From assembly GCF_003324675.1 (NCBI RefSeq), contig NZ_CP030918.1, positions 2,700,001-2,732,000 of the forward strand: a stretch of DNA of 32,000 nucleotides, written 5' to 3'. Shown here one piece after another: positions 8,710 to 16,232 of this stretch (the stretch's first letter is position 1; every line of letters begins with the position of its first letter). This DNA is from Paracoccus suum. Lineage in GTDB: Bacteria > Pseudomonadota > Alphaproteobacteria > Rhodobacterales > Rhodobacteraceae. Made by a program: the position numbers and the translations under genes. The notes beneath the pieces are model-generated. The model had not been told where the DNA came from, ran no database searches, and saw nothing but the letters and a program-made list of their open reading frames with translations.

Positions 8710-9836
8710 GAGACAAACAGTTGACGTGGGAAGTTGGTCAGCCGCTCATGGCCATCTTCTGTGATGGTAATCGTCTCGGACATGCCGAAGCCCCGCGCCA
8801 GGACATAGGTGTGGAAGGTCATCCCCGGCTCGAAATTCCAGGTTGCGCTGGGTTCAGCCTCTAGCGGTTCGCCGCCATTAGGATTAAGCAGCAGACCGAC
8901 TGAATAGAACGTCTTGTTAGTATAGGTTTCCCGCAGACCGGCTGTGAGGACCCCGTCGCGATAGATGCTATCGGGCAAGGTCGCTGGAACTCCCGGAGCG
9001 ACCGCGGCAATCGCTTGATCCTGAATCCGGATAAGCGTCTCCACAATGCGATGATCTTCGTCACTGGCTTGCGTGACACGGATCGGACGCATGAAGCGAG
9101 CATGGTAGTTGCGGCTATTCGGCGTAGTTTCGATCTGGACAATGTCACCGCGCTCGAGAACCCGGTCGGAATAACCCCCGTGAAGATGATAGGCGCGCTC
9201 GCCAGAAGACATCACTCCTGGGCCAGGAAGGTCGCTTCCTGCCCGGATCATCGCGGCGCAGATCTCGGCCGCCATCTCGCGCTCGCTGACACCCTCGCCG
9301 GCGCTATCGATCGCAGCCTGCATTCCGGCCTCGGCAGCCTTCGCCGCGCGCCGCTGATAAGCAATTTCGGCGGGGGATTTGATGAAACGCATCTCGGTGA
9401 CGAGCCGACTTTCGTCGCTCCACCCAGTCCCGGGCAAGACAGATTTAAGGGCCTCATACCTTGCGACAGACAAAGGCCACGCCGCCCTCTCCACAGCCAG
9501 GCGCAATTTCGGGCCTAGTCGCCTACGGATCATTTCAGCTGCAACGGCGATTCGATCATCGCTGTCATTCCACATCGCACGATCTGGAAACACGCAAGTT
9601 GAGTCGAGATAGTATTCCTCGACATCCCGGCAGAAAAGTGATGGCGCCCCTTCCGCGGGGATGATGGCGAATTGGAAGCTGCCGTAGCCACGAGTAAAAA
9701 AACCGGTCAGCCACGTGACGGTTTCGGGCAGAAAAGCCAACAGGGCGTCAACGCCCTTGCGGCGCAGGGCGGACTGGACCCGCGCGAGCCGCTCCTCATA
9801 TTCGCGGACTTCGAAGGCGTAGTTCAACTTGACCAT
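8706..9836 (-). CDS. M24-fold (creatinase/prolidase-like) hydrolase
   Basis: The track ORF runs to 9953. I prefer ATG 9836 (MVKLNYAFEVREYEERL..), which removes an Arg/Gly-rich extension and leaves a 59-nt gap to the upstream gene. Has a creatinase/prolidase N-domain style and a pita-bread C-domain (IKSPAEIAYQRRAAKAAEAGM, GDIVQIE..., ITITEDGHERLT). Confidence 0.8.
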   Translation of the reverse strand: MVKLNYAFEVREYEERLARVQSALRRKGVDALLAFLPETVTWLTGFFTRGYGSFQFAIIPAEGAPSLFCRDVEEYYLDSTCVFPDRAMWNDSDDRIAVAAEMIRRRLGPKLRLAVERAAWPLSVARYEALKSVLPGTGWSDESRLVTEMRFIKSPAEIAYQRRAAKAAEAGMQAAIDSAGEGVSEREMAAEICAAMIRAGSDLPGPGVMSSGERAYHLHGGYSDRVLERGDIVQIETTPNSRNYHARFMRPIRVTQASDEDHRIVETLIRIQDQAIAAVAPGVPATLPDSIYRDGVLTAGLRETYTNKTFYSVGLLLNPNGGEPLEAEPSATWNFEPGMTFHTYVLARGFGMSETITITEDGHERLTNFPRQLFVS

Positions 9837-9895
9837 CTCGGGTTCTTCCCTTGCCCAGAGATCAGGGCGGTCGACATTTGGACCGCCCCCTCGAC

Positions 9896-10933
9896 TTACT
9901 GCTGCATCATCATTGTGTAGGCCTCGCCGGCCGAAACCGCGTTCTTTCCCCACCAGGGAATGTCGAGGAACAGCGTGTTCGCCAGTCGTTCAGTGGTCGA
10001 AGGCAAACGGGCTTTGCGCTCGTCGTCGATCAGCGGCAGGGCAGCTTCGGTCACCGGGCCATAGGCAACATACTTCGAGAACTCCGCTTGGTTCTTAGCA
10101 TCAATGATGAAGTTCAGGAACTTCACCGCCGCGTCCTTGTTGGGCGCACCCTTAACGATCATGAAATAGCCGACCTGTGCAATCGACTGGTCCCACGACA
10201 TCGCTAGCGGCAGCCCTTCGTCGACCCCGGCCTGGAAACGTCCATTCCATCCGAGCGCCATCACCACTTCGCCCGAACCGATGGCCTGCACGGGTTGCGC
10301 GCCGCTGTTCCACCAGATCGATATGCTCGGTTTCAGGGCAGAAATTTTGTCGAGGGCGCGCTTCATGCCCTCTTCGGTGTCTAGCGTCTTGTAGACATCA
10401 GCCGGCGCAACGCCGTCTGCGAGCAACGCTGCCTCGAGAACTGTCGAGGGCTTGTCCGGCATTGCTCGCTTGCCGGGGAATTTTTCGACATCCCAGAAGT
10501 CAGCAAATGTCTTGGGACCGCCATTCGGGAATGCCTCGGTCGAGTAGCCTATCACCGTCGAGAAGATTTCCGACGGAACGCCGTAATCGCTGCGCGCCTC
10601 GCGGATTACTCCCTCTTGGTTGACCATCTCTGGAGTGATCTTCTCGAACAGGCCGTGCGCCATACCGTCCGAAAGGGTCGCATTGCCGCCAGTCACCACA
10701 TCCCATTCGACGTTGCCGGTATCGACCATTCCCCGAATTCGCGCGACCTCGGGTTCGGTGTCCTCAATGACCTCGACGCCAGTCGCCGCGGTGAACGGTT
10801 CGATCCAAGCCTTGCGGATCGCGTCCTGATAGGCGCCCCCCCAACTGGCGAACACCATTTCCTCCGCGGATGCCGCGAGCGGCATCGCCGCAAGCACGGC
10901 TGTTGCCGCAATCGTCCGAAGCAGGTTCTTCAT
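9896..10933 (-). CDS. ABC transporter periplasmic substrate-binding protein (PotD/PotF-like, family 1)
   Basis: 345 aa. Signal peptide MKNLLRTIAATAVLAAMPLAASA. Strong RBS GGAGGAGGA before ATG 10933. Co-oriented with the permease and ATPase genes. Confidence 0.85.
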   Translation of the reverse strand: MKNLLRTIAATAVLAAMPLAASAEEMVFASWGGAYQDAIRKAWIEPFTAATGVEVIEDTEPEVARIRGMVDTGNVEWDVVTGGNATLSDGMAHGLFEKITPEMVNQEGVIREARSDYGVPSEIFSTVIGYSTEAFPNGGPKTFADFWDVEKFPGKRAMPDKPSTVLEAALLADGVAPADVYKTLDTEEGMKRALDKISALKPSISIWWNSGAQPVQAIGSGEVVMALGWNGRFQAGVDEGLPLAMSWDQSIAQVGYFMIVKGAPNKDAAVKFLNFIIDAKNQAEFSKYVAYGPVTEAALPLIDDERKARLPSTTERLANTLFLDIPWWGKNAVSAGEAYTMMMQQ

Positions 10934-11010
10934 GTTCCGTCCTCCTCCTCTGCAGATTCGCGAAGCGCGCTAGGATGTCACGCGCCAGCAATTGGCGGGC
11001 ACCTGTTTGG

Positions 11011-11712
11011 TCAAGCGGACTTCACGAGTGCCGCAAAGTTGGTAAGCATGGTCTTGGCCTCCGACGCCTCGTTGGCGCTGAACTTAAGTGCATCCACATC
11101 GCCGCCATCCTGCACCATCCGTTCGCGGTTCTCCTCAAACCAGATTGGGGCCTGCTCGGCTGTGATTTCGGGATGCCCTTGGATGCCCCAGATCGACTGA
11201 TCGCGATAACGCCAGATCTGGTTTGGGCATAGGTCGGAACTTGCCAGGATAACCATGTCTGGATGCTCCGCCCGCACTTCGTCATTGTGCCAGACGAACA
11301 TGTGCACCGAACTTCCCAGATTGCCCGCAATCCGGTCCGTTCGCGCGGCCTCGTTGACCGGAAGATCCTTGTAGCCAATCTCGCAGAAATCACGGCGAAA
11401 CACCTGGTCTCGCCCGCAGAGCGCCGAGCCGAGGATCTGACTGCCAAAGCAAATGCCGAGCATAGGGATGTCCTTCTCGGCCGCCTCACGGATGAGGTCG
11501 TGTTCGCGATGGATGAAGGGGACATCGTCAAAAGCGGCGTGCGGGCTGCCGGACAGGAAGATACCGTCATAGCCGTCAAGGCTCGCAGGGAAATCGCCGT
11601 TGTACGCCCAGCGCCGATCGACGCTCATGCCCCAACTTTCGAAGCGGTCGTCCAGCTTTGCGAGAGACTGCATCTTTCGGCCGTTGCCGAGATAGAGAAG
11701 ATTGGTAGACAT
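11011..11712 (-). CDS. Class I glutamine amidotransferase-like protein
   Basis: 233 aa. Nucleophile elbow GICFGSQIL and the His-x-Glu pair in WGIQGHPE. Confidence 0.8.
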   Translation of the reverse strand: MSTNLLYLGNGRKMQSLAKLDDRFESWGMSVDRRWAYNGDFPASLDGYDGIFLSGSPHAAFDDVPFIHREHDLIREAAEKDIPMLGICFGSQILGSALCGRDQVFRRDFCEIGYKDLPVNEAARTDRIAGNLGSSVHMFVWHNDEVRAEHPDMVILASSDLCPNQIWRYRDQSIWGIQGHPEITAEQAPIWFEENRERMVQDGGDVDALKFSANEASEAKTMLTNFAALVKSA

Positions 11713-11814
11713 GCTGCCTCGGTTCAGATGGGAAACGGATTGAAGTGATCTCGCTGGCCGACGGGGGTCACTCCGATTGTTAGATTGCCGTCGGGACCGA
11801 ATGGAGCGTCCGCA

Positions 11815-12450
11815 TCATAGATCAGCCAATCCCGTCAAAGCACGGACGACGGCTAACTTGGCATTCTCGATGTGAGCGTCCATCAGGGGGCCGACCGCTT
11901 CAGCAGCGCGCTCGTGCAAAGCGCCCAGAGTCGCTAGATGTTCGGCGCGCCCCGACTCGAAACGAGAAGGAATCCGCTCCATCCCGAACATCCCCGTGCG
12001 GAGGCGGCACTCGGCGACCATCCTTTCAAACAGGCCGTTGCCGGATGCATGCGCGATCGCCGTATGCAGCTCTTGATCGGCATCCCAGCGTTCCACACTG
12101 CCGAAGCTTTTTGCATCGTTCATCGCCTCGATCCGCGATTTTCTCGACGAAACGATGCAAAGCGGCATGCGCGCGGCCGCAACGCCTCGATCAGTCTTCG
12201 GACCGCGAGGATCTCGAGCAAATCGCCAAGCGCGACGCCGATTAGCCAGCAGCGTTCGGCCGGATCGCCTCAGGAAATCCCCCCCCTCCAAGCGGCCGAG
12301 CGCATCACGAACTGGGGTGCGAGACAACCCAACTTGGTTGGCCAAGTCACACTCACGGACGACGGTCTCGTGCGCTAACTGTCGGCCGTGAATCATGCCT
12401 AGGATCGACTCCTGAGCGGTCGGGGTCAGTGAAGCGTTGGTCTTAGACAT
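11815..12450 (-). CDS. GntR-family regulator, FadR/FCD subfamily (possibly damaged, see findings)
   Basis: N-terminal HTH ECDLANQVGLSRTPVRDALGRLEGGDFLRR. C-terminal FCD motifs DQELHTAIAHASGNGLFERM and EHLATLGAL....MDAHI. I take ATG 12450 as the start; the track begins one codon earlier at TTG 12453. Confidence 0.8.
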   Translation of the reverse strand: MSKTNASLTPTAQESILGMIHGRQLAHETVVRECDLANQVGLSRTPVRDALGRLEGGDFLRRSGRTLLANRRRAWRFARDPRGPKTDRGVAAARMPLCIVSSRKSRIEAMNDAKSFGSVERWDADQELHTAIAHASGNGLFERMVAECRLRTGMFGMERIPSRFESGRAEHLATLGALHERAAEAVGPLMDAHIENAKLAVVRALTGLADL

Positions 12451-12635
12451 CAAATCACCCGGCAGAAGTGCGCGATGCTACCAACGTATGTGACGTGCAT
12501 TCACTGCGTATTGCAACACAAATAATTTCTGGGGACGCGCATCTGGTTACCTCCGCCCATGATCTACGCAGCGAGGCCGTCGAGGCGACGAAACTGTTAC
12601 GTGGGCGGCAGGCGACCATCTGCTTAGTCTCTGAC

Positions 12636-12685
12636 TTACTTACTTTATATAATATTTACAACTAGTTAAATAAACATTATTCGAA
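12636..12685. promoter_or_regulatory. AT-rich island, candidate promoter region for the GntR-led operon
   Basis: The sequence ttacttactttatataatatttacaactagttaaataaacattattcgaa is far more AT-rich than anything around it. It lies about 190 nt upstream of the GntR start. Several -35/-10-like hexamers are possible and none is compelling. Confidence 0.3.
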
Positions 12686-13484
12686 AGAGGTCGAGAGTTG
12701 GTCACATCGGGCTTCACGGGATGGCACGTCACATGCCTCTCCATAGCACCGTGTAAAAACCATATCTACGGGATACCGACAGTATACCACATGGCCGTGA
12801 GGCAACACAGCCCCTCGCTCGATCGGCGAATGCCACCCTGAGACGACGTGCGCGGCAGCGCCCGCCAGTTCTTTGTTCGTCGCGACACCGCCAATCTTTC
12901 GATCGGCGGCACGCCCATAGGCGGCCGCACGGAGGTCTGTCTATCCATGCTCGCCTTGGGGCCCGCACGGCCAGATAGTTACCCCGAGGTCAGTAGCGAC
13001 TCGATCCTGCGGGACATCACGGTATTAGCGGGATTCCGGCGTCGGCAGTGTCAAGGGAAATACCGGTCCGGGACTCCCGGATGCGTCCCGAAGCTTCGGA
13101 GAGGCAGCTGCGGAGCGTGGCGCGGCCCGTCATTGACCGGCTGTTCCCCCGCAGATCCCCGTCCCGCATCCCTGGCTTGAGCCCACCGGTAACAATGGGA
13201 GTACAATACGGCACGAAAGGGTGCGCATATCAACCGCAGTCTAGGCAAGACGGTGGGATTGACTACCACTAGCGGCACCCGGATTGAAAAGTACATGATT
13301 GCCGAACCGGAAGCCTCAAGTCCACAAGGCGCACGCACATTGCTCGGCGATCCGACCAGCGATTTGCAGTGCGATAAATCGCCCATGGGGCGAATGCTGC
13401 GCGAAAGTTTGGGGGCTCGGCGGGTGGGCCGTAGGCGGCATGCGAAGTGTCCGAAAGGGAACCATATCGTCCTGAGGGTGTCCC

Positions 13485-15185
13485 TCACCTAAGCGTTCTG
13501 GCCTCTGCGACACACATCTTAGCCGAACCAAAGATCTCGTCCTCTGGCAGCCAGGCAACGGAATTTCGCCAGCTAACAAGATCACCCGAGCAGCCAACGG
13601 CCAGGCCAACCTTGGCAAACGCGTTATGAGCAGCACCGGTGCAGCCCGCTGCGACAATCTTCCCGATATCTGCGCAAGCCGTGATGCCCTGAACAAACGG
13701 CCGGTCCTTTAAAAGGTAGGGCGACGCGGCGAGATAAACCTTGTCGGCGTAGGGCGGCAGGCCCAGAAGACCAAAGTCCTCTGCAATGTCGGGACTGTCG
13801 TATCCGGCATTGAGCAGGGCTTGCCTCAAGGTGGGAAACGGCAAATCCTTGGTCTCCATCGGCTTTTGACCGCGTGCGTCAATAAAGACGTCAAATACAT
13901 GGTGCCGGCCACCAACGAGGATTACCGTTTCATCGCCCTGGTGAGTTATTCCATAGTCCTCCCCAAGCTCCAGAACTGACAACACCCCTGCATCTCGCAA
14001 GGCGAGCAGACGATGAATCGACTCTGGGGGAACCGCTGCATAGTTGTCGACGAACACCTTCTTGAGCGTCAGATCAAACCGCTCCCGTTCTGGCTCGCTC
14101 AGTTCGGGGAGGATGGCCTGGACCTTCTCGTGCATGCGCAAAATGGCGTAGCGCCATGCTACGGTGAGGCGCGCGCGGTGGTTAGCCTCTGCTTCCTCAA
14201 GGTTGGCACGCGCCCAACGAAACGGATCATTGGCTTCCCGATCATGAAAATAGGCCCGCTCGAACAGTTCGGGCGTAAGTTCGGCGAGCCCAACCCTCAC
14301 CGCCCAAGACGGGTCGGCATGTGCAATTTCGGACCGAAACAGATCATAGACGGCGTCGAAAGCATTCTCCTGCCGAACCGCCTCTCGCAGTGCGTCCGGG
14401 GTCATGATTTCGAGCGGGATGTAGGGGATGGGGCAGTAAAAATCTGCCTCAGGCAGCAATCCATTCCGCGACATGAGGGTAAGCATAAGCTCGTTCTCGA
14501 CGTCCGACCGATAGGTCAACGCGCCTCTGTCCCGGACAAACTTGCCATGCTGAACAGCTACCGCCATTGCGGCGTCGATGGCGCTGAGTGAGGTACCCAT
14601 GATGCCCACCCTCGCCGCCGGAACATCCACTTCGATCAATCCGGACCACGGATTGGGAAAGTAGTTGTCCGTCAGATCATCATCCGGTTCGAAAACATGG
14701 CCGGTGGCGAGGACAACCTTTTCGAATGGCGCCGTATCGGTGCGAGGTCGGGTGGATAACCTTATCTTTGATCCGGCGGGCTTCAAATCTGTTACGCGGC
14801 ATGATTCATGGACTTCTATATCTACGCCCGCGTCACAAAACGCCTGAATGAGACCGTTTATCTGGTCATGGTAGTAATCGCCGAGGACTACACGTGGGGC
14901 AAAAGTCCGTTCCGTCAGGTTCGCGCGGTCAAGAGCGTGGGCCGAGAGATACGCGTCGCTGCGAACTCGGAGCCAATCGATAAACGGCTCAATAACGGGC
15001 GGAATTTCGATGCTGGCAATATTGGCCAACATTGTCGGGCCCGCCGTCTCACGAGAGTACGGTATGCCCACCCCTACCCGCTCGCCTTTCTCGAAAAGAG
15101 AAACATGTGTTGCCGCACCCTGCGTCAGCAAACTCTGAAGCGTATAGATCCCGGTAGGCCCGGTTCCAACTATTGCGATGCGCAT
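13485..15185 (-). CDS. FAD/NAD(P)-binding protein (YdhS/HpyO-like NAD_binding_9-type oxidoreductase), function unknown
   Basis: 566 aa. N-terminal dinucleotide fold MRIAIVGTGPTGIYTL. GGAGAA RBS before ATG 15185. Confidence 0.7.
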   Translation of the reverse strand: MRIAIVGTGPTGIYTLQSLLTQGAATHVSLFEKGERVGVGIPYSRETAGPTMLANIASIEIPPVIEPFIDWLRVRSDAYLSAHALDRANLTERTFAPRVVLGDYYHDQINGLIQAFCDAGVDIEVHESCRVTDLKPAGSKIRLSTRPRTDTAPFEKVVLATGHVFEPDDDLTDNYFPNPWSGLIEVDVPAARVGIMGTSLSAIDAAMAVAVQHGKFVRDRGALTYRSDVENELMLTLMSRNGLLPEADFYCPIPYIPLEIMTPDALREAVRQENAFDAVYDLFRSEIAHADPSWAVRVGLAELTPELFERAYFHDREANDPFRWARANLEEAEANHRARLTVAWRYAILRMHEKVQAILPELSEPERERFDLTLKKVFVDNYAAVPPESIHRLLALRDAGVLSVLELGEDYGITHQGDETVILVGGRHHVFDVFIDARGQKPMETKDLPFPTLRQALLNAGYDSPDIAEDFGLLGLPPYADKVYLAASPYLLKDRPFVQGITACADIGKIVAAGCTGAAHNAFAKVGLAVGCSGDLVSWRNSVAWLPEDEIFGSAKMCVAEARTLR

Positions 15186-15686
15186 TGATTCTCCGGGGGC
15201 GAGACGTTCGTAATAGAATGACCAAAACGATCCATCGGTGCGTCATAATAACGACACGTCTTCACAATGACTGCCGCGGGCGTCTGGTTCCGACGGAGCA
15301 GATGGATAGAGCGGGCCCGTGGACCTCGATCTTTGGCAGATGCCGCCAACCCGGGATCCGCGGCACCAGATTTTGTAAAAACGAACGCCCCATCGGGCCA
15401 TCTTTCTCATCGGCAGCCCACCGATCACTGAGAGGCCGCACGCTTCGGGCACCAGAACTACATGCGTCTGTGCGTCGGCGGGCCCTCTACTGTCCTCCAA
15501 CGGCTCCGAAGCGAACTGCAGGTAAGACAGCTTAGTATAATCAGCGGCCAACAAGGACGTGCATTGCTGATGGCACCCTCGACTGTGCATGAGGCGACCG
15601 CTGAAAGCTGGCAATTTCCACAGCATCATGTCCAGTTGTCGGGCAGTCCCCCAAGGAAACTATTGCCCGGCTGCGTCTGATGGGTC

Positions 15687-16232
15687 GTGATGCTGATGAT
15701 GTTGTCGGACGAGACACTAGCGCTTGCGGCGGGACGCGGTGACAGGGCGGCCTATGCCGCTCTGCTCGAGCGTCACTATGACCGCATCTTCGGGCTTTGC
15801 TGGCGGCTGACCGGACATCAGGCCGACGCCGAGGACCTTGCGCAGGATATTTGCGCCTCCCTGCCGCTGAAGCTGCGCGGGTGGCGGAACGAGGCCCGGC
15901 TGACCACATGGCTCTACAGGGTCGCTGTGAACGCTGCCCATGACCGCCGCCGCCGCGCGGCCTCGCATGCTCGGGCGGCGGGCGGATGGGGCGACTGGGA
16001 AAGGGGCAGGCAAGCCGACCACACGGCCGCAGAGAGAGACCAGGATTGGCTGCGCGGCGCGATGGGATGCCTTCCAGACGACTTGCGGGACACGGTGGCC
16101 CTGATCCTTGGCGAGGGATTGTCGCAGGCTGAGGCGGGCGAGGTTCTGGGAATCCCCGAGGGAACGGTCGCCTGGCGGATGTCCGAAGTGAAGAAACGGC
16201 TCCGTGCCGTCGCACAGGAGGAGGCGAGATGA
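15687..16232 (+). CDS. ECF-type RNA polymerase sigma-70 family factor
   Basis: 181 aa. Region 2 DAEDLAQDI....TWLYRVAVNAAHDRRR and region 4 LSQAEAGEVLGIPEGTVAWRMSEVKKRL. The exact start is ambiguous (GTG 15687, or ATG 15690, 15696 or 15699). Confidence 0.9.
   Translation: MMLMMLSDETLALAAGRGDRAAYAALLERHYDRIFGLCWRLTGHQADAEDLAQDICASLPLKLRGWRNEARLTTWLYRVAVNAAHDRRRRAASHARAAGGWGDWERGRQADHTAAERDQDWLRGAMGCLPDDLRDTVALILGEGLSQAEAGEVLGIPEGTVAWRMSEVKKRLRAVAQEEAR

Noticed and set aside
9837-9953. N-terminal extensions in track ORFs, here and at 7029..7070, 19775..19858, 21607..21858, 24646..24861 and 27151..27189
   Set aside because: The extensions are Arg/Gly-rich and overlap upstream genes or intergenic DNA. 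Internal starts have Shine-Dalgarno sequences, signal peptides or ATGA coupling. I therefore shortened the calls.
13053-13080. Cobalamin-riboswitch-like core: AAGGGAA..ACCGGT..CCGGG here, and AAAGGGAACCGG..CCGGTGAAG at 29444..29469
   Set aside because: There is no B12 box (GCCACTG-type) downstream. There are no flanking pairing partners, and no cobalamin-related or co-oriented downstream genes.
13398-13420. GCGAAAGTTTGGGGGCTCGG resembles the RNase P RNA GAGGAAAGTCCGGGCTCC element
   Set aside because: The match is only partial. None of the other universally conserved RNase P segments are present nearby.
12761-13469. Direct 9-mer AACCATATC at about 12760 and about 13460, as possible att or duplication sites
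   Set aside because: A single 9-nt match within 1 kb is about what chance predicts. No mobile-element genes lie between the two copies.
12848-13490. Possible ORF-less group II intron. GTGCG occurs at 12848, the span is about 640 nt, and there are many GAAA loops.
   Set aside because: On neither strand could I find a domain V hairpin (AGC...GNRA...with its complementary arm) or a domain VI bulged A near a 3' AY. The GTGCG pentamer alone is expected by chance in GC-rich DNA.
15243-15629. 128-aa minus-strand ORF in the divergent FAD-gene / sigma-gene intergenic region. A 78-codon startless frame also ends at about 15170.
   Set aside because: Neither has recognisable motifs, GC3 is only moderate, and Cys/Arg/Ser content is high. 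They may be relic sequence, but I cannot support a gene call.
15655-15680. ECF-type promoter candidate GGAAAC(T)-N14-TCTGA (or GGAAAC-N13-CGTC) just upstream of the sigma gene
   Set aside because: The spacers are 2-3 nt shorter than typical ECF promoters. The -10 element would sit only 6 nt from the first possible start codon, so an effectively leaderless mRNA would be needed. It is too weak to call without TSS data.
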